From positions 113,879 to 177,878 of IMG/VR virus record IMGVR_UViG_3300047510_001668: a stretch of 64,000 nucleotides of DNA; one strand, 5' to 3'. The notes under the pieces were generated by a model. That model did no database searches and had not been told where the DNA came from. It saw nothing but the letters and a program-made list of their open reading frames with translations. Positions within the stretch are counted from its first letter, which is position 1; each line of letters opens with the position of its first letter. Below are positions 9,499-18,810 of this stretch, piece after piece. The translations under genes were made by a program, and so were the position numbers. Source of the stretch: a virus.

Positions 9499-9875
9499 AT
9501 CTTTCTCAACTTGTTGATGACATTGACATCCAACTCAATGTCAGTTTCGTTTATTTGTTTGCTTATTTGAAAACGTTCAGGTAGATAATTCAAATACACC
9601 AGAAACGTTTTGATTTCAGGCCAGAACTCCATTTCAAACTTCAAAAACAACATGGGAACCAGAGCAACACCAAACACATTGTGTAACAAAATCAAATGGT
9701 TCAACACCAAACGTTCACTCAATGTTCCGGATTTCTTGTACCGTTTCAACAATCGTTTGATGTACTTGAAACGCTTCAAGTCTCCATCAAATTCTTTGAT
9801 GCTGGTGCAAGAAGGATTGTTATAATGTTGTGCTGCATATAATAAAAATGTATCCTGCGTCAAATCAATAGGCAT
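9495..9875 (-). CDS. Conserved T4-like phage hypothetical protein
   Basis: YAAQHYNNP...DLKRFKYIKRLL...LNHLILLHNVFG pattern, familiar from cyanophage-like genomes. Confidence 0.75.
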   Translation of the reverse strand: MPIDLTQDTFLLYAAQHYNNPSCTSIKEFDGDLKRFKYIKRLLKRYKKSGTLSERLVLNHLILLHNVFGVALVPMLFLKFEMEFWPEIKTFLVYLNYLPERFQISKQINETDIELDVNVINKLRKI

Positions 9876-9878
9876 AGT

Positions 9879-10331
9879 TTAGAAATTTACGGCTGCTGAG
9901 CCTCCAATAACCCACCAGTCGCTGTTGTACCAAAGAAGAATAAGTGTTTGTCCCATTTCTGTGAATACGGCACTTGTTACACCTTTGATGTTTGATGTGA
10001 TGGATGATGTGCCGCCTGCAGATGTACACAGGATGAATTTGATTTGACCTGTGTATGTGCCATCAACAATGGATAGAGCATTCACACCACCTGTATTACT
10101 TATAAGGGTAAACAATGATGTTGCATTGATGGTGCCAGCATTGGCAATCACTTGTGGGCTTTCAACATCCAGTGCCAACAATCCTCCAAATTGTATCAAG
10201 GTGCTTGGAAGATTGGCTAATAATGTGGACATGCTAAGTTTCTTATCTGTGTTGGATTGCACCAGATAGAGCACGTCCGCCGGATTGACGGACGCGGCTG
10301 CGGTCAAATCAGTTACTTTGCTATCAGCCAT
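9879..10331 (-). CDS. Putative virion structural protein
   Basis: Beta-rich, small-residue-rich protein (MADSKVTDLTAA...); late-region context. Confidence 0.6.
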   Translation of the reverse strand: MADSKVTDLTAAASVNPADVLYLVQSNTDKKLSMSTLLANLPSTLIQFGGLLALDVESPQVIANAGTINATSLFTLISNTGGVNALSIVDGTYTGQIKFILCTSAGGTSSITSNIKGVTSAVFTEMGQTLILLWYNSDWWVIGGSAAVNF

Positions 10332-10337
10332 GATTTA

Positions 10338-11174
10338 TTATACTGAAGGTGAAGGTGTTACTGAAGGTGTTACTGAAGGTGTCACACTGATTGAAGGTGT
10401 CACGCTAGGTGTTACTGAAGGCGTGACTGAAGGTGTGACTGAAGGTGTTGGTGATTCTGGGAAATAGGTGTCATCGGCAGCGTCATCTGTAATATCAGCA
10501 AGAGCCACCAATGTCTCATAACGCTTTCTTTCCACCACACCATTCACTTGGAATGTCAAGTTGGCTGCCCCGCCACTGCCAAGAAGAGCATCTGTTACTG
10601 TGATGGTGTCATTGTCCGCATGTCCTGCACCTGTTTGCACAATTTCAATGGAAGCTGCACCAGCAGCTGATACTGTGATACGGAACATGTGTCCTGTGCC
10701 AGAACCTGATGTGGTTCCTTCCACAAGATAGATGCCTGCCTTACGTGCTGCATCAGCAGCACCAATGGTATCCACAGCAGCAATGGCACCAGTCTTTACA
10801 GATTGACGATGTGTCCATCCTATTTGTGCTGGACCGTCTGTGTCTAACATTTCAAACTTGTCAACACCAAACACAGTCTTAGTGTCTGTTCCATTGGAAA
10901 AGCCGTAACGTAAGAACTTTGGCTTTTCACTTAAGGTGTAGTTAGTGCCACCGCCTACTATAGAAATGCTATCACCTGCACGTGCAGCAATCACAGTACA
11001 TGCTGTGTTGGATGCAATTGCTGTGATGACAAATTCTTGGCTTCCTGCTAGTAGAAAATCACCCACACGTGCTTCTGTGGTGAAAGCTGTACCTGTTCCG
11101 GTGACAGCACCACCTGTGGTGATGGCTACAGTTCCTGTTGACGTTTTATCGTCTTTAATACCCCAACCTGACAT
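10338..11174 (-). CDS. Putative virion structural protein with C-terminal Pro/Ser/Thr/Val repeat tail
   Basis: Gly/Thr-rich beta protein ending in SPTPSVTPSVTPSVTPSVTPSISVTPSVTPSVTPSPSV; AGGAG RBS. Confidence 0.7.
   Translation of the reverse strand: MSGWGIKDDKTSTGTVAITTGGAVTGTGTAFTTEARVGDFLLAGSQEFVITAIASNTACTVIAARAGDSISIVGGGTNYTLSEKPKFLRYGFSNGTDTKTVFGVDKFEMLDTDGPAQIGWTHRQSVKTGAIAAVDTIGAADAARKAGIYLVEGTTSGSGTGHMFRITVSAAGAASIEIVQTGAGHADNDTITVTDALLGSGGAANLTFQVNGVVERKRYETLVALADITDDAADDTYFPESPTPSVTPSVTPSVTPSVTPSISVTPSVTPSVTPSPSV
10342..10452 (+). repeat. 12-bp tandem repeat (actgaaggtgtt/g), about 8 degenerate units, encoding PSVT
   Basis: Read directly from the sequence. Confidence 0.9.
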
Positions 11175-11176
11175 GG

Positions 11177-11761
11177 TTATTCTCCTGAATTATAGAGTTG
11201 TTCGACTGTATTGAAAAATTCTTTAACGTTTTCTTTGGGAAGGTCTGCGACGCTGGACACATTGAAAGTTTTCAATGTTTCTAGAAATGCCTTTTCGTAT
11301 GATTCAGAAGTCACAACAGGTTGAACCTGTTCTTCCATTCTTCCCTTCAAGTTGTCACGGCGGCGACGAAGTTCCGTCTTGGCGCGTGATGCCAAACGCT
11401 TTTCAGCAGGAGAAATCTTTCCACCGGCTTTTTTCTTTCTTTCAGCACTTCTGGCAAGGGTGTCCAACATACCTTCTGGTGTACGTTTCAAATCCATTTC
11501 TTCTTCAGCAATAGGATTGAATTCTTCGAATTTCTTCATGGCAACTCTCTGACGTAAAAGGCGATACATTTGTGGGTCATCGAAAACTAGGTTCATGATT
11601 TTTTGTGTGAAATCATAGAACACGCGTCGTTGATTAAGTGGTAGAAAAGCGTCTGTGTCAACACCATGTAATGCCATGTTCAACCATGGCAGATATTGCA
11701 CAGGCATCATTCCCATACGAACCAATTGTTCAATTTGTTTGCTGCGTTCGTCTGAGTGCAT
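11177..11761 (-). CDS. Putative internal head protein
   Basis: Start at MHSDERS downstream of a TATAAATA late promoter with an AGGTGG RBS (longest ORF starts at 11908); acidic EE motifs. Confidence 0.65.
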   Translation of the reverse strand: MHSDERSKQIEQLVRMGMMPVQYLPWLNMALHGVDTDAFLPLNQRRVFYDFTQKIMNLVFDDPQMYRLLRQRVAMKKFEEFNPIAEEEMDLKRTPEGMLDTLARSAERKKKAGGKISPAEKRLASRAKTELRRRRDNLKGRMEEQVQPVVTSESYEKAFLETLKTFNVSSVADLPKENVKEFFNTVEQLYNSGE

Positions 11762-11787
11762 AATCACCACCTGAAAACGTTCTATAG

Positions 11788-11795
11788 TATTTATA
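11788..11795 (-). promoter_or_regulatory. T4 late (gp55) promoter
   Basis: TATAAATA located 27 nt upstream of the ATG. Confidence 0.8.
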
Positions 11796-11858
11796 ATTAC
11801 TTCAGGCTCGCTTTCAACATCCAGGCTGAATTTCAAGAGTTCCTGAGTGTTCCTTCTG

Positions 11859-13379
11859 TTAGCAGTTCCATTTTCTGAGAGCTTTATTGATACGAGAGTT
11901 CGGGTCATTAGCGGTCTTGGCTGAAGTCAACCGCTTCTTCATCCCTCCCATTCTGGCACAGAAACTCTTTCTCCGTTTGGCGGCTTTGCTTCCCTTCTTC
12001 AATTTGGAAGGCTTGGTGGTCACAGCCATGGACAACTTGCTACCAGGGTTGGCACGACGATAGGAGGCGATACCTTTTCTGTTCAATCCACCTTCTGGGT
12101 CCTTGCCTTCCTTTCTTTGCCAAGCTGGTGCGGCTTCATCCAAAGACAATTCTTCATCTGACAAATCCACCAAGGCTTGACGTAGTTTTTCAATCATGCC
12201 TGAGTTACGAACCACTTTGAACACCATGTTCTGCAATCCAAATTCACCTGTGGATGATAATCCTGACTTACGCATTCCTGCAATCTTTTCCAACACCAAT
12301 TTAATCATGTCCACGTTCTTACCGGCAATGGCTTCTTGTGCTTCTTTGATGAGACTATCAGCCATGTCACCAATTTCTTTGTGTTCAAATGAAGGGGCTG
12401 ACATTCTGGGTTCCACCAACCAGCTGTTGGATTGCAAACTGTATTGTCCTGTTGCCACAAGGTGTTCATTGCTGCCTTGTGCATACACTTCCACAGGATA
12501 TCCCTTGATGCGAATGTTATGGCGACGATTGAATTCATCCTTCTTGGCACGAAGCAACTTTTCCACCAGGGTGACATCATGGTATCCGCCAAGACGAACT
12601 ATCACGTGCAGGTCGAAATCACTGAACTTGGTCCAGTTGTAGTTGGCGTTGGATCCTGTCAAGATGATGTCTGTGACTTCCAGATCCACACCCCAAGTTT
12701 CCATGAAAGACCTGGCCACCTTCAACAAGGCTTCACGAACATCAGGCTTCAACACCATGCCATCCCAAGCGGCGGGATTCAATTCAGCATGATAGATGAC
12801 CGTTTCCTGTTCAATGTTCATGAATTCTTTCAAGGTGGCCATCTTCTTCTTCAACACAGGAATGTCGGCATTTTCCTGGCCTGGGGTCACTGCCAACATC
12901 TTCTTGGTGAGTTCTGGACTGCCCCATTCATTGTCTTTACCTAGTTCTTCATTTGTTGAGCGCCAACCGCCGCCTTTGCCGCGATACCACTTGGCAGCCC
13001 AGCCATTGGCATAGGCACTGGGGTACACATCAAACTTGGAGCGAGCCAATGCTTTTGCTCGAGCCCAAAGTTTGGGGTTGGTGGGCTTGTTCTTTTCTTG
13101 TAGGATTTCTTCTTTCATAGTTTTCACCATGATGGGTTTGTTGCCTTGACCAGGCTGGTCTTTACCAGGACGACCTGCTGCAGCTTGTGCAGCACGCTTT
13201 CTTCTCACGGCAGATTTGATTTCATCTTTGCTCATGCTAGCTGCTTTAGCAGCAGGCACACACTTGGCATATCCTTTCTTCTTGCCTGAAGTGCCACAGG
13301 GCTCATAACTGCCATCTTTTTTCTTCTTGGCGATGTTCACCCATTTTTCTCGGAACCAGTTACGTAAATCTTCATTCAT
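11859..13379 (-). CDS. Modular protein: basic phage modules flanking a Pol-beta-type nucleotidyltransferase domain
   Basis: Central GSNANYNWTKFSDFDLHVIV (GS...DxD) with a later VEVY. Flanked by KPTNPKLW...YPSAYANGW and AWQRKEGKDPEGGLN...SFCARM modules resembling DUF5872/DUF6321. Confidence 0.75.
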   Translation of the reverse strand: MNEDLRNWFREKWVNIAKKKKDGSYEPCGTSGKKKGYAKCVPAAKAASMSKDEIKSAVRRKRAAQAAAGRPGKDQPGQGNKPIMVKTMKEEILQEKNKPTNPKLWARAKALARSKFDVYPSAYANGWAAKWYRGKGGGWRSTNEELGKDNEWGSPELTKKMLAVTPGQENADIPVLKKKMATLKEFMNIEQETVIYHAELNPAAWDGMVLKPDVREALLKVARSFMETWGVDLEVTDIILTGSNANYNWTKFSDFDLHVIVRLGGYHDVTLVEKLLRAKKDEFNRRHNIRIKGYPVEVYAQGSNEHLVATGQYSLQSNSWLVEPRMSAPSFEHKEIGDMADSLIKEAQEAIAGKNVDMIKLVLEKIAGMRKSGLSSTGEFGLQNMVFKVVRNSGMIEKLRQALVDLSDEELSLDEAAPAWQRKEGKDPEGGLNRKGIASYRRANPGSKLSMAVTTKPSKLKKGSKAAKRRKSFCARMGGMKKRLTSAKTANDPNSRINKALRKWNC

Positions 13380-13705
13380 CAGTAGGTTCTCTTGGATTGA
13401 GGAAGTTCTTTACGAATCAATGATTTCTTATATATCTTGGCACGTTGCTTAACTAAACGTTCCACAGCAGACTTCTGCGTGTTGGATAATGAGGATTTAC
13501 GTTTCACACCCACCAACTTATACACTTTTCGAAGTGCTTCTTTGTTTAAACGTTTTTGAAAACGCTTGGCACTGGCATTGATTTTTGCTGTAATCTTTTT
13601 TCTACGTTCCAATTTCCAACGATACTTTTTCATGGTACGTTGTTTCTTGAACCGCCCTTGTGGTGTCAATGCTTCCACCACCAGAAATTCTTTTAGTGTA
13701 ATCAC
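13379..13705 (-). CDS. Basic hypothetical protein
   Basis: K/R-rich, 108 aa, overlapping both neighbours. Confidence 0.65.
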   Translation of the reverse strand: MITLKEFLVVEALTPQGRFKKQRTMKKYRWKLERRKKITAKINASAKRFQKRLNKEALRKVYKLVGVKRKSSLSNTQKSAVERLVKQRAKIYKKSLIRKELPQSKRTY

Positions 13706-14298
13706 TTCAGAACAACTCCCCCAATCACCACACCTGCCACTACACCTACTACAAATGAAGTCTTACGGCTTGGTAATTTGATGCCAAACATTTTGTTGGG
13801 ATTCTTGGGAGCAGGAGGAATGTTGTTCACAACAGTTTGGAGACTATCACCACGGAGTAAGGCAAGTTTCAATGCGTCATCTTTCTTTAGTATGGCAGTT
13901 TCTAATTCTTGTATTTGATTACCTTGTGTTGTGATAGTTGTTTCTTGTTTTGTAATGATGGAATCTTTTAATGGAAGTATCTGTCTGGCAAGTTGTAGTG
14001 TGTCGGTGATAGTCTCCGTTAACAATTGTGCTCGATCCATTAAATTCAATGTTTCATTTTTCAATTCTGTAGCTTGTCTGCTGTACACGCTGGCACGACT
14101 TTGTGCTGCACGAGCTTCATTGTCAGCAATGATGATTTCTTGTGCTAAGCTATCGGCAAACTTTGTGGCTGAATCTGCTTGAGCCTGAAACTTCTTGTAG
14201 TCAGCAATGTACTTGTCCATGGCATCATCGCTTGTGGAATCTTGCCAGTACAATACACCTGCAAATGATAATAGTAATACAAGAAGTTTCAATCTCAT
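13702..14298 (-). CDS. Membrane coiled-coil protein next to endolysin (spanin-like candidate)
   Basis: N-terminal and C-terminal hydrophobic segments with a central coiled coil. Confidence 0.5.
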   Translation of the reverse strand: MRLKLLVLLLSFAGVLYWQDSTSDDAMDKYIADYKKFQAQADSATKFADSLAQEIIIADNEARAAQSRASVYSRQATELKNETLNLMDRAQLLTETITDTLQLARQILPLKDSIITKQETTITTQGNQIQELETAILKKDDALKLALLRGDSLQTVVNNIPPAPKNPNKMFGIKLPSRKTSFVVGVVAGVVIGGVVLK

Positions 14299-14322
14299 AA
14301 CATCTCCTGATTCTGTTATTTA

Positions 14323-14922
14323 TTACTTGAACAGAGCGTAGAATTCGTTGAAATGCTTGATACGGTCAACAAGACCGATGGTGCCACCGTTCACCTTCTT
14401 GGTGATGGCAGTGATATCAAGTTCAGTGGCACCCTTGTCAGCAAGAGCATTCAAGCCACGTGAGTTCCAGAACCAGGCGGCTGAAAGAAGAGGATACTTT
14501 GTGGCAACTAGGTCAGGTGTTTCAAGAATGTTTTCTGGAACAACCTTATCAAATGCACCATAGTTGTCCTTGCCAGTCAATTGGATATAGCCACGACCAC
14601 GATACTTGTATCCTTCACCTGAAGCTTCTGGACCGTTGCCCATACGACCGCCGTAAATCAAGTTGGCAATTTTTTCTGGCTTCCGTTCGTATTCCAAAGC
14701 CTTGGCTTCTGTTGGGAAATACTTCTTGAACAATCCTAACAAGCCCTTGGCGCCGTAGTTAAGGTTTTCATTCACAGCCTTGAAGTTGCCTGATTCATGA
14801 CCGCATTGTGCAAGAAAATGGCAAAGGCGAAGAGGGGTGTTGATTTGAAACTTTTCCATCACTTCAGGAATTTGTGTGATTACTGTGTCAGGAACATGTC
14901 CCTTGAGCTTTTGAATATCCAT
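14323..14922 (-). CDS. GH19 (chitinase-class) endolysin
   Basis: HFLAQCGHESG, ENLNY, YRGRGYIQLTGKDNY, SAAWFW, INGG-like VNGG. Confidence 0.9.
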   Translation of the reverse strand: MDIQKLKGHVPDTVITQIPEVMEKFQINTPLRLCHFLAQCGHESGNFKAVNENLNYGAKGLLGLFKKYFPTEAKALEYERKPEKIANLIYGGRMGNGPEASGEGYKYRGRGYIQLTGKDNYGAFDKVVPENILETPDLVATKYPLLSAAWFWNSRGLNALADKGATELDITAITKKVNGGTIGLVDRIKHFNEFYALFK

Positions 14923-14941
14923 TGATTATCTCTGGTTGAAG

Positions 14942-16339
14942 TTATCGTGTTTCACGCCATTGAGCAGAGGCGTATACGTTGGTATCAGCAGTGCTGCTAA
15001 GATTTCTTGCAATTAAGGCGAATATATTACTATCAGTAGATCCAATGTTCTGACTGAGATAGGCACGTTTGGCTTTTACTGGGTCAGCCAAATCCATGCC
15101 TCCTGATGCTTGTTTACCTGATGGGTTGTTGGCTGCCACAAACCCAGACGTAAACAATTCACCGCCTGTGGTGCTGAATGCTGTGCCTACTGTGGTGTTG
15201 TATTCAACAACTGAATCATTATTGGCACTGACCCATGTACCGCCTGTGATATTGGCGCTGGCACTAGGTAGACGCCATAGTTCAAAAACTATGGATGAGC
15301 CATCAGATAGTATATTCAAGTCGGTCAAACGAACAACACTTCTGTTGGGTAGTGATTGATAGGTGTTTTTCAACTTGATGGCAACTATACACTTGGCTGT
15401 GGCAGGTGCTCCTTTACTCAGTAATATATTTTCAGCATAACTACTGAAGTTCACACCTGATTCCACATATCCACCTTCAGACATCACCGTGGAACAGATT
15501 TGATCCATGTAGGTGCTGCCTACTGCCACACCTGTGTTTCTGATTTCACAACGAATGGGGATATTGGGATTTCTCCAGTACACCGTGGCGAGATTGTTAC
15601 TGTGTTCAAATTCATGAGCCACAATGAATTCACCATCATGTACAAATCCTATGCGAAGGCGACCCACACCCAACCATTGATAATCACAAAAGACCAACTG
15701 TGTCTTGGTGACATCAATATTGAATTCTGATGCTCCGGTACCATCACATTTGTCAACATTCCATGCAGATTGTGGGATGGGTGTTTCATCAACCACACTA
15801 CCACTGATGCTGGTGCGCTTCACAAATTGAAGTGTGCCATTACCTGCTTGTTGGAAATACACGCCATCTTCTTCACCAAATAGTCCCACACGCTTCACTG
15901 TGTTGGTGCGAGCTACACCGAACACAAAACTCATCAATGCCAATTGGCTCTTGCCTGGCATATAATGATGATGCATTCTGCTTTGATGAACAACATAATC
16001 GCCATTGCCTGTGCCTACTGATAAGCGAACTGAGGCTTCATTGGCACGAAGTGTTTTAGTTCCTGACCCACTGGACGAAGTTAACAGTTCAACTTCTTCA
16101 CCATAGATATGACTGTAATCAGCAAGTGTAAAGGGTTCAGAAACACGAAGGCGACCGAACGCATCCAGGTTCGTGCCGCCGAGACTGACTAATAAAGAAT
16201 TGTTACTGCCATAACCGCCTGTGACAGGAAGAGGATTGGTAGCCTCAACAACGCTACCATCCTTGCCTGCTGCAAGCATCACAACTTCATACCGTTGTTC
16301 TCCATCTTGTACATCTTGTGGCTTGATGTATTGTGCCAT
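14942..16339 (-). CDS. Putative virion structural protein
   Basis: DAFGRLRVSEP motif, common in cyanophage-type structural proteins; beta-rich. Confidence 0.65.
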   Translation of the reverse strand: MAQYIKPQDVQDGEQRYEVVMLAAGKDGSVVEATNPLPVTGGYGSNNSLLVSLGGTNLDAFGRLRVSEPFTLADYSHIYGEEVELLTSSSGSGTKTLRANEASVRLSVGTGNGDYVVHQSRMHHHYMPGKSQLALMSFVFGVARTNTVKRVGLFGEEDGVYFQQAGNGTLQFVKRTSISGSVVDETPIPQSAWNVDKCDGTGASEFNIDVTKTQLVFCDYQWLGVGRLRIGFVHDGEFIVAHEFEHSNNLATVYWRNPNIPIRCEIRNTGVAVGSTYMDQICSTVMSEGGYVESGVNFSSYAENILLSKGAPATAKCIVAIKLKNTYQSLPNRSVVRLTDLNILSDGSSIVFELWRLPSASANITGGTWVSANNDSVVEYNTTVGTAFSTTGGELFTSGFVAANNPSGKQASGGMDLADPVKAKRAYLSQNIGSTDSNIFALIARNLSSTADTNVYASAQWRETR

Positions 16340-18120
16340 TATTCCATTCCTTGTATTACTGCATTGAAAAGCGCTCGTGCGTCTACATCACGCATGGTGC
16401 TAGGTAATCCTTTTTTGAAATTCCTGTAATCATTTTTCATGGCAAAATCACGCATTTTGCTTGCTGACATGCCAGCGGCACCATCAGCATCAGGATCACG
16501 CTCACCTGCAGAAACCACTTCAACTGCTTTAAACGTATACAATGTTCCATTATATTTATGTACTGCTTGTTCATATTCAGGTACACGGTCACTACCTGCC
16601 ACCATGATAACCTTGTCATACATGCCATTCCATCCTTCCATCCATTTCAAAAAACTGAATTTCTCTTTGGTGGCCAACACAATGCTCACGTTGGGAAACA
16701 TCTTGTTGGCAAACATCAGCTTCATGTCTGGGTCCAAAGGATCTTTGGGAGCCTTCTGTGTGCGAGACAGAATGATGAGATAGTCTGCCTTTTTGTTCTT
16801 GGCCACACTTACCACTTTGTCAATCAGTTTTTTATGCCCGATGGTGGGAGGATTCATACGACCAAAAGCAAATACTATAGTTTTCAGTTCCTCATCCAAC
16901 TGGGTGGGTCCTACTGGTGTCCTGCTCCAATCTTTCACAGCATTGAAGTTGGCTTGTGAGAACTCCATTCTGTTCACCAACTTCACTGCATTTCCTGCTC
17001 GGTCTACTGCCACATAGCCTTCAGGGTCCGTGTGCTTGAATCCTTCAGGTGTTTCAATGAATGTAGGGATGCCTTGTGCCTCATTCAACTTCTTCACAAA
17101 GATGTTTTTTGCATCCAACAACGTCACATACAACTTGAACATGGCACGAAGATTCATGGCGTTGGTACGAAGATACTTCTGTAATTCTTTTTTCAACCCT
17201 TGATACTTCTTTTGACCAGCCGCGGTTTTCATCCCTGCTTCCTTCTTGGCAACACGGTCTATCACAAAGGCTTCCAACCCAGCAAGGGAGCGCTCGTTGA
17301 TGGGAGCGCCATCCCGCACCAGTTTGTTCACAAAAATCTTGAACATGTATCCCACGGTCAAATCAGATGTTTGTGTTGCCAACTCATCTAGAAACTTTCT
17401 CGCAGAAATGGCGTTGGTTTTGGCAGAAGCTACAAGTGAACTAACCGTTCTGGTTTCCTGGTCAGTCAACGTCATCTTTCCAGACATGTCCTGATAGGAC
17501 GCATCCTGGATCCAGGCTGTTTTAGATTTTAGCTTACTGACATCAACACCAAAAGAAGCCGACATTTCATTCACCGCCTTCTTTCCTGTATATTTAGTAT
17601 GGAACACAATTCCAAGATGGGAATGCTGTAGCTTTTCTCCCAAAGGATCCGTGACAGGCACGGCATACATGATGGTATTGGGCTTGAAAGTGATGTATTT
17701 CACCCCTTCAATCGTGGTAGTTTTCTTGATGGCAGGGGTGAACATCACATCTCCCTGCAACACATCTTTGAATGGCAAATCGCGCAATTCACGAAACACC
17801 ACTTTCAACACTTCAGCTGGACCACCACCATAATAGTAGTCTATCATCTCCTCAGAGAATCCCAGCTTCATGTCTTTGGCAAAGGCACCATGTTTCGTGG
17901 CCACGAAGAACATCCCGGTTTCCGGGTCTTTGCCACACACCACAGCAGGGGCACCATCCCACTTCACGGTGATGTTCAGCTTTCTGTTCACATTGCCTTG
18001 GAACAAGTCAAAAAGCGCCTCAACAAACGCTATGGATTGTTGGGCGCCTTTATAACCTAGATTGATGATGTCATCTTCTAGATGTTCCAGATGTGTGTTT
18101 TTGTCGCTTTTAGCGGCCAT
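16339..18120 (-). CDS. Fusion of a DUF6267-like (KxDG ligase-fold) domain and a HIGH-type cytidylyltransferase-like domain
   Basis: N-terminal KNTHLEHLED...TVKWDGAPA; C-terminal FGRMNPPTIGH...SAGERDPD...MSASKMR. Confidence 0.8.
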   Translation of the reverse strand: MAAKSDKNTHLEHLEDDIINLGYKGAQQSIAFVEALFDLFQGNVNRKLNITVKWDGAPAVVCGKDPETGMFFVATKHGAFAKDMKLGFSEEMIDYYYGGGPAEVLKVVFRELRDLPFKDVLQGDVMFTPAIKKTTTIEGVKYITFKPNTIMYAVPVTDPLGEKLQHSHLGIVFHTKYTGKKAVNEMSASFGVDVSKLKSKTAWIQDASYQDMSGKMTLTDQETRTVSSLVASAKTNAISARKFLDELATQTSDLTVGYMFKIFVNKLVRDGAPINERSLAGLEAFVIDRVAKKEAGMKTAAGQKKYQGLKKELQKYLRTNAMNLRAMFKLYVTLLDAKNIFVKKLNEAQGIPTFIETPEGFKHTDPEGYVAVDRAGNAVKLVNRMEFSQANFNAVKDWSRTPVGPTQLDEELKTIVFAFGRMNPPTIGHKKLIDKVVSVAKNKKADYLIILSRTQKAPKDPLDPDMKLMFANKMFPNVSIVLATKEKFSFLKWMEGWNGMYDKVIMVAGSDRVPEYEQAVHKYNGTLYTFKAVEVVSAGERDPDADGAAGMSASKMRDFAMKNDYRNFKKGLPSTMRDVDARALFNAVIQGME

Positions 18121-18144
18121 AGTAGTCCAGACAGTGGTTTCTAC

Positions 18145-18152
18145 TATTTATG
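18145..18152 (-). promoter_or_regulatory. Late promoter variant CATAAATA
   Basis: One mismatch to TATAAATA, 25 nt upstream of the ATG at 18120. Confidence 0.55.
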
Positions 18153-18153
18153 T

Positions 18154-18471
18154 TCAAACGGATGAAATGAAATCCTCAATGCTCTTTTTCTTACGAAGCA
18201 TGGTTTGATAGATGTATCCTTGTACCAGACCTTCAATCAAATCCTCCAGCTCCTGATGCTGTTGTTCCTCCAGTTCTTCTTGATAGAAGTCCAGATTTCC
18301 AGCCATGTCTAGGAAACGTTTCTCACATTCTGCGATACCAGCATCAATGGAAGCTTCCAATTCATCAGCATCTGTCTGGTGTTCCCATTCTTCCCAATTG
18401 ATTTCATAATTCTCTGACCGAAGCTCACCCAGCTTCCTGAGTAGTTCCAATGTGGTCTGATGGTTAGACAT
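18154..18471 (-). CDS. Acidic hypothetical protein
   Basis: 105-aa ORF with AAGGA RBS; overlaps the upstream gene. Confidence 0.65.
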   Translation of the reverse strand: MSNHQTTLELLRKLGELRSENYEINWEEWEHQTDADELEASIDAGIAECEKRFLDMAGNLDFYQEELEEQQHQELEDLIEGLVQGYIYQTMLRKKKSIEDFISSV

Positions 18472-18787
18472 GAGTGTTCCTTACCGTGGACTTCCAGCGA
18501 AGTTGACGCTCAAACTCACCCTTCTTTATCTTCCACATCTGCTTCACATGCTTCTTCTTGGACATCTTCACCATCTTGTCCAGGTTCTGAAGCACCTTTT
18601 CATCAGCATGAATCATTTCCACGGCCTCCGCATTAGGGATGATGGCATCAGGATGAACGTACTGAACAACCATTTCATGAGGCTCAGCCTCATCAAACAG
18701 AATCTTACTAACTTTACCAAAAAACCAAACAGGAGAGACAATCATAGCCAAGAACATTACCATGATTAGATAATGATACCAGAACAT
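18464..18787 (-). CDS. Hypothetical protein with N-terminal TM helix
   Basis: AGGAG RBS; hydrophobic N-terminus. Confidence 0.65.
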   Translation of the reverse strand: MFWYHYLIMVMFLAMIVSPVWFFGKVSKILFDEAEPHEMVVQYVHPDAIIPNAEAVEMIHADEKVLQNLDKMVKMSKKKHVKQMWKIKKGEFERQLRWKSTVRNTHV

Positions 18788-18810
18788 GATTGTCTCTCCT
18801 GTTTGATTGA

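Noticed and set aside
10342-10452. Tandem repeats as a possible CRISPR or VNTR regulatory array
   Set aside because: The 12-bp units have no spacers and are in frame within a CDS.
11762-11908. N-terminal extensions of several longest-ORF calls (e.g. starts at 11908, 19122, 19812, 20559, 29649, 31323, 63386)
   Set aside because: They run through promoters, hairpins or upstream genes, while the downstream ATGs have clear RBSs.
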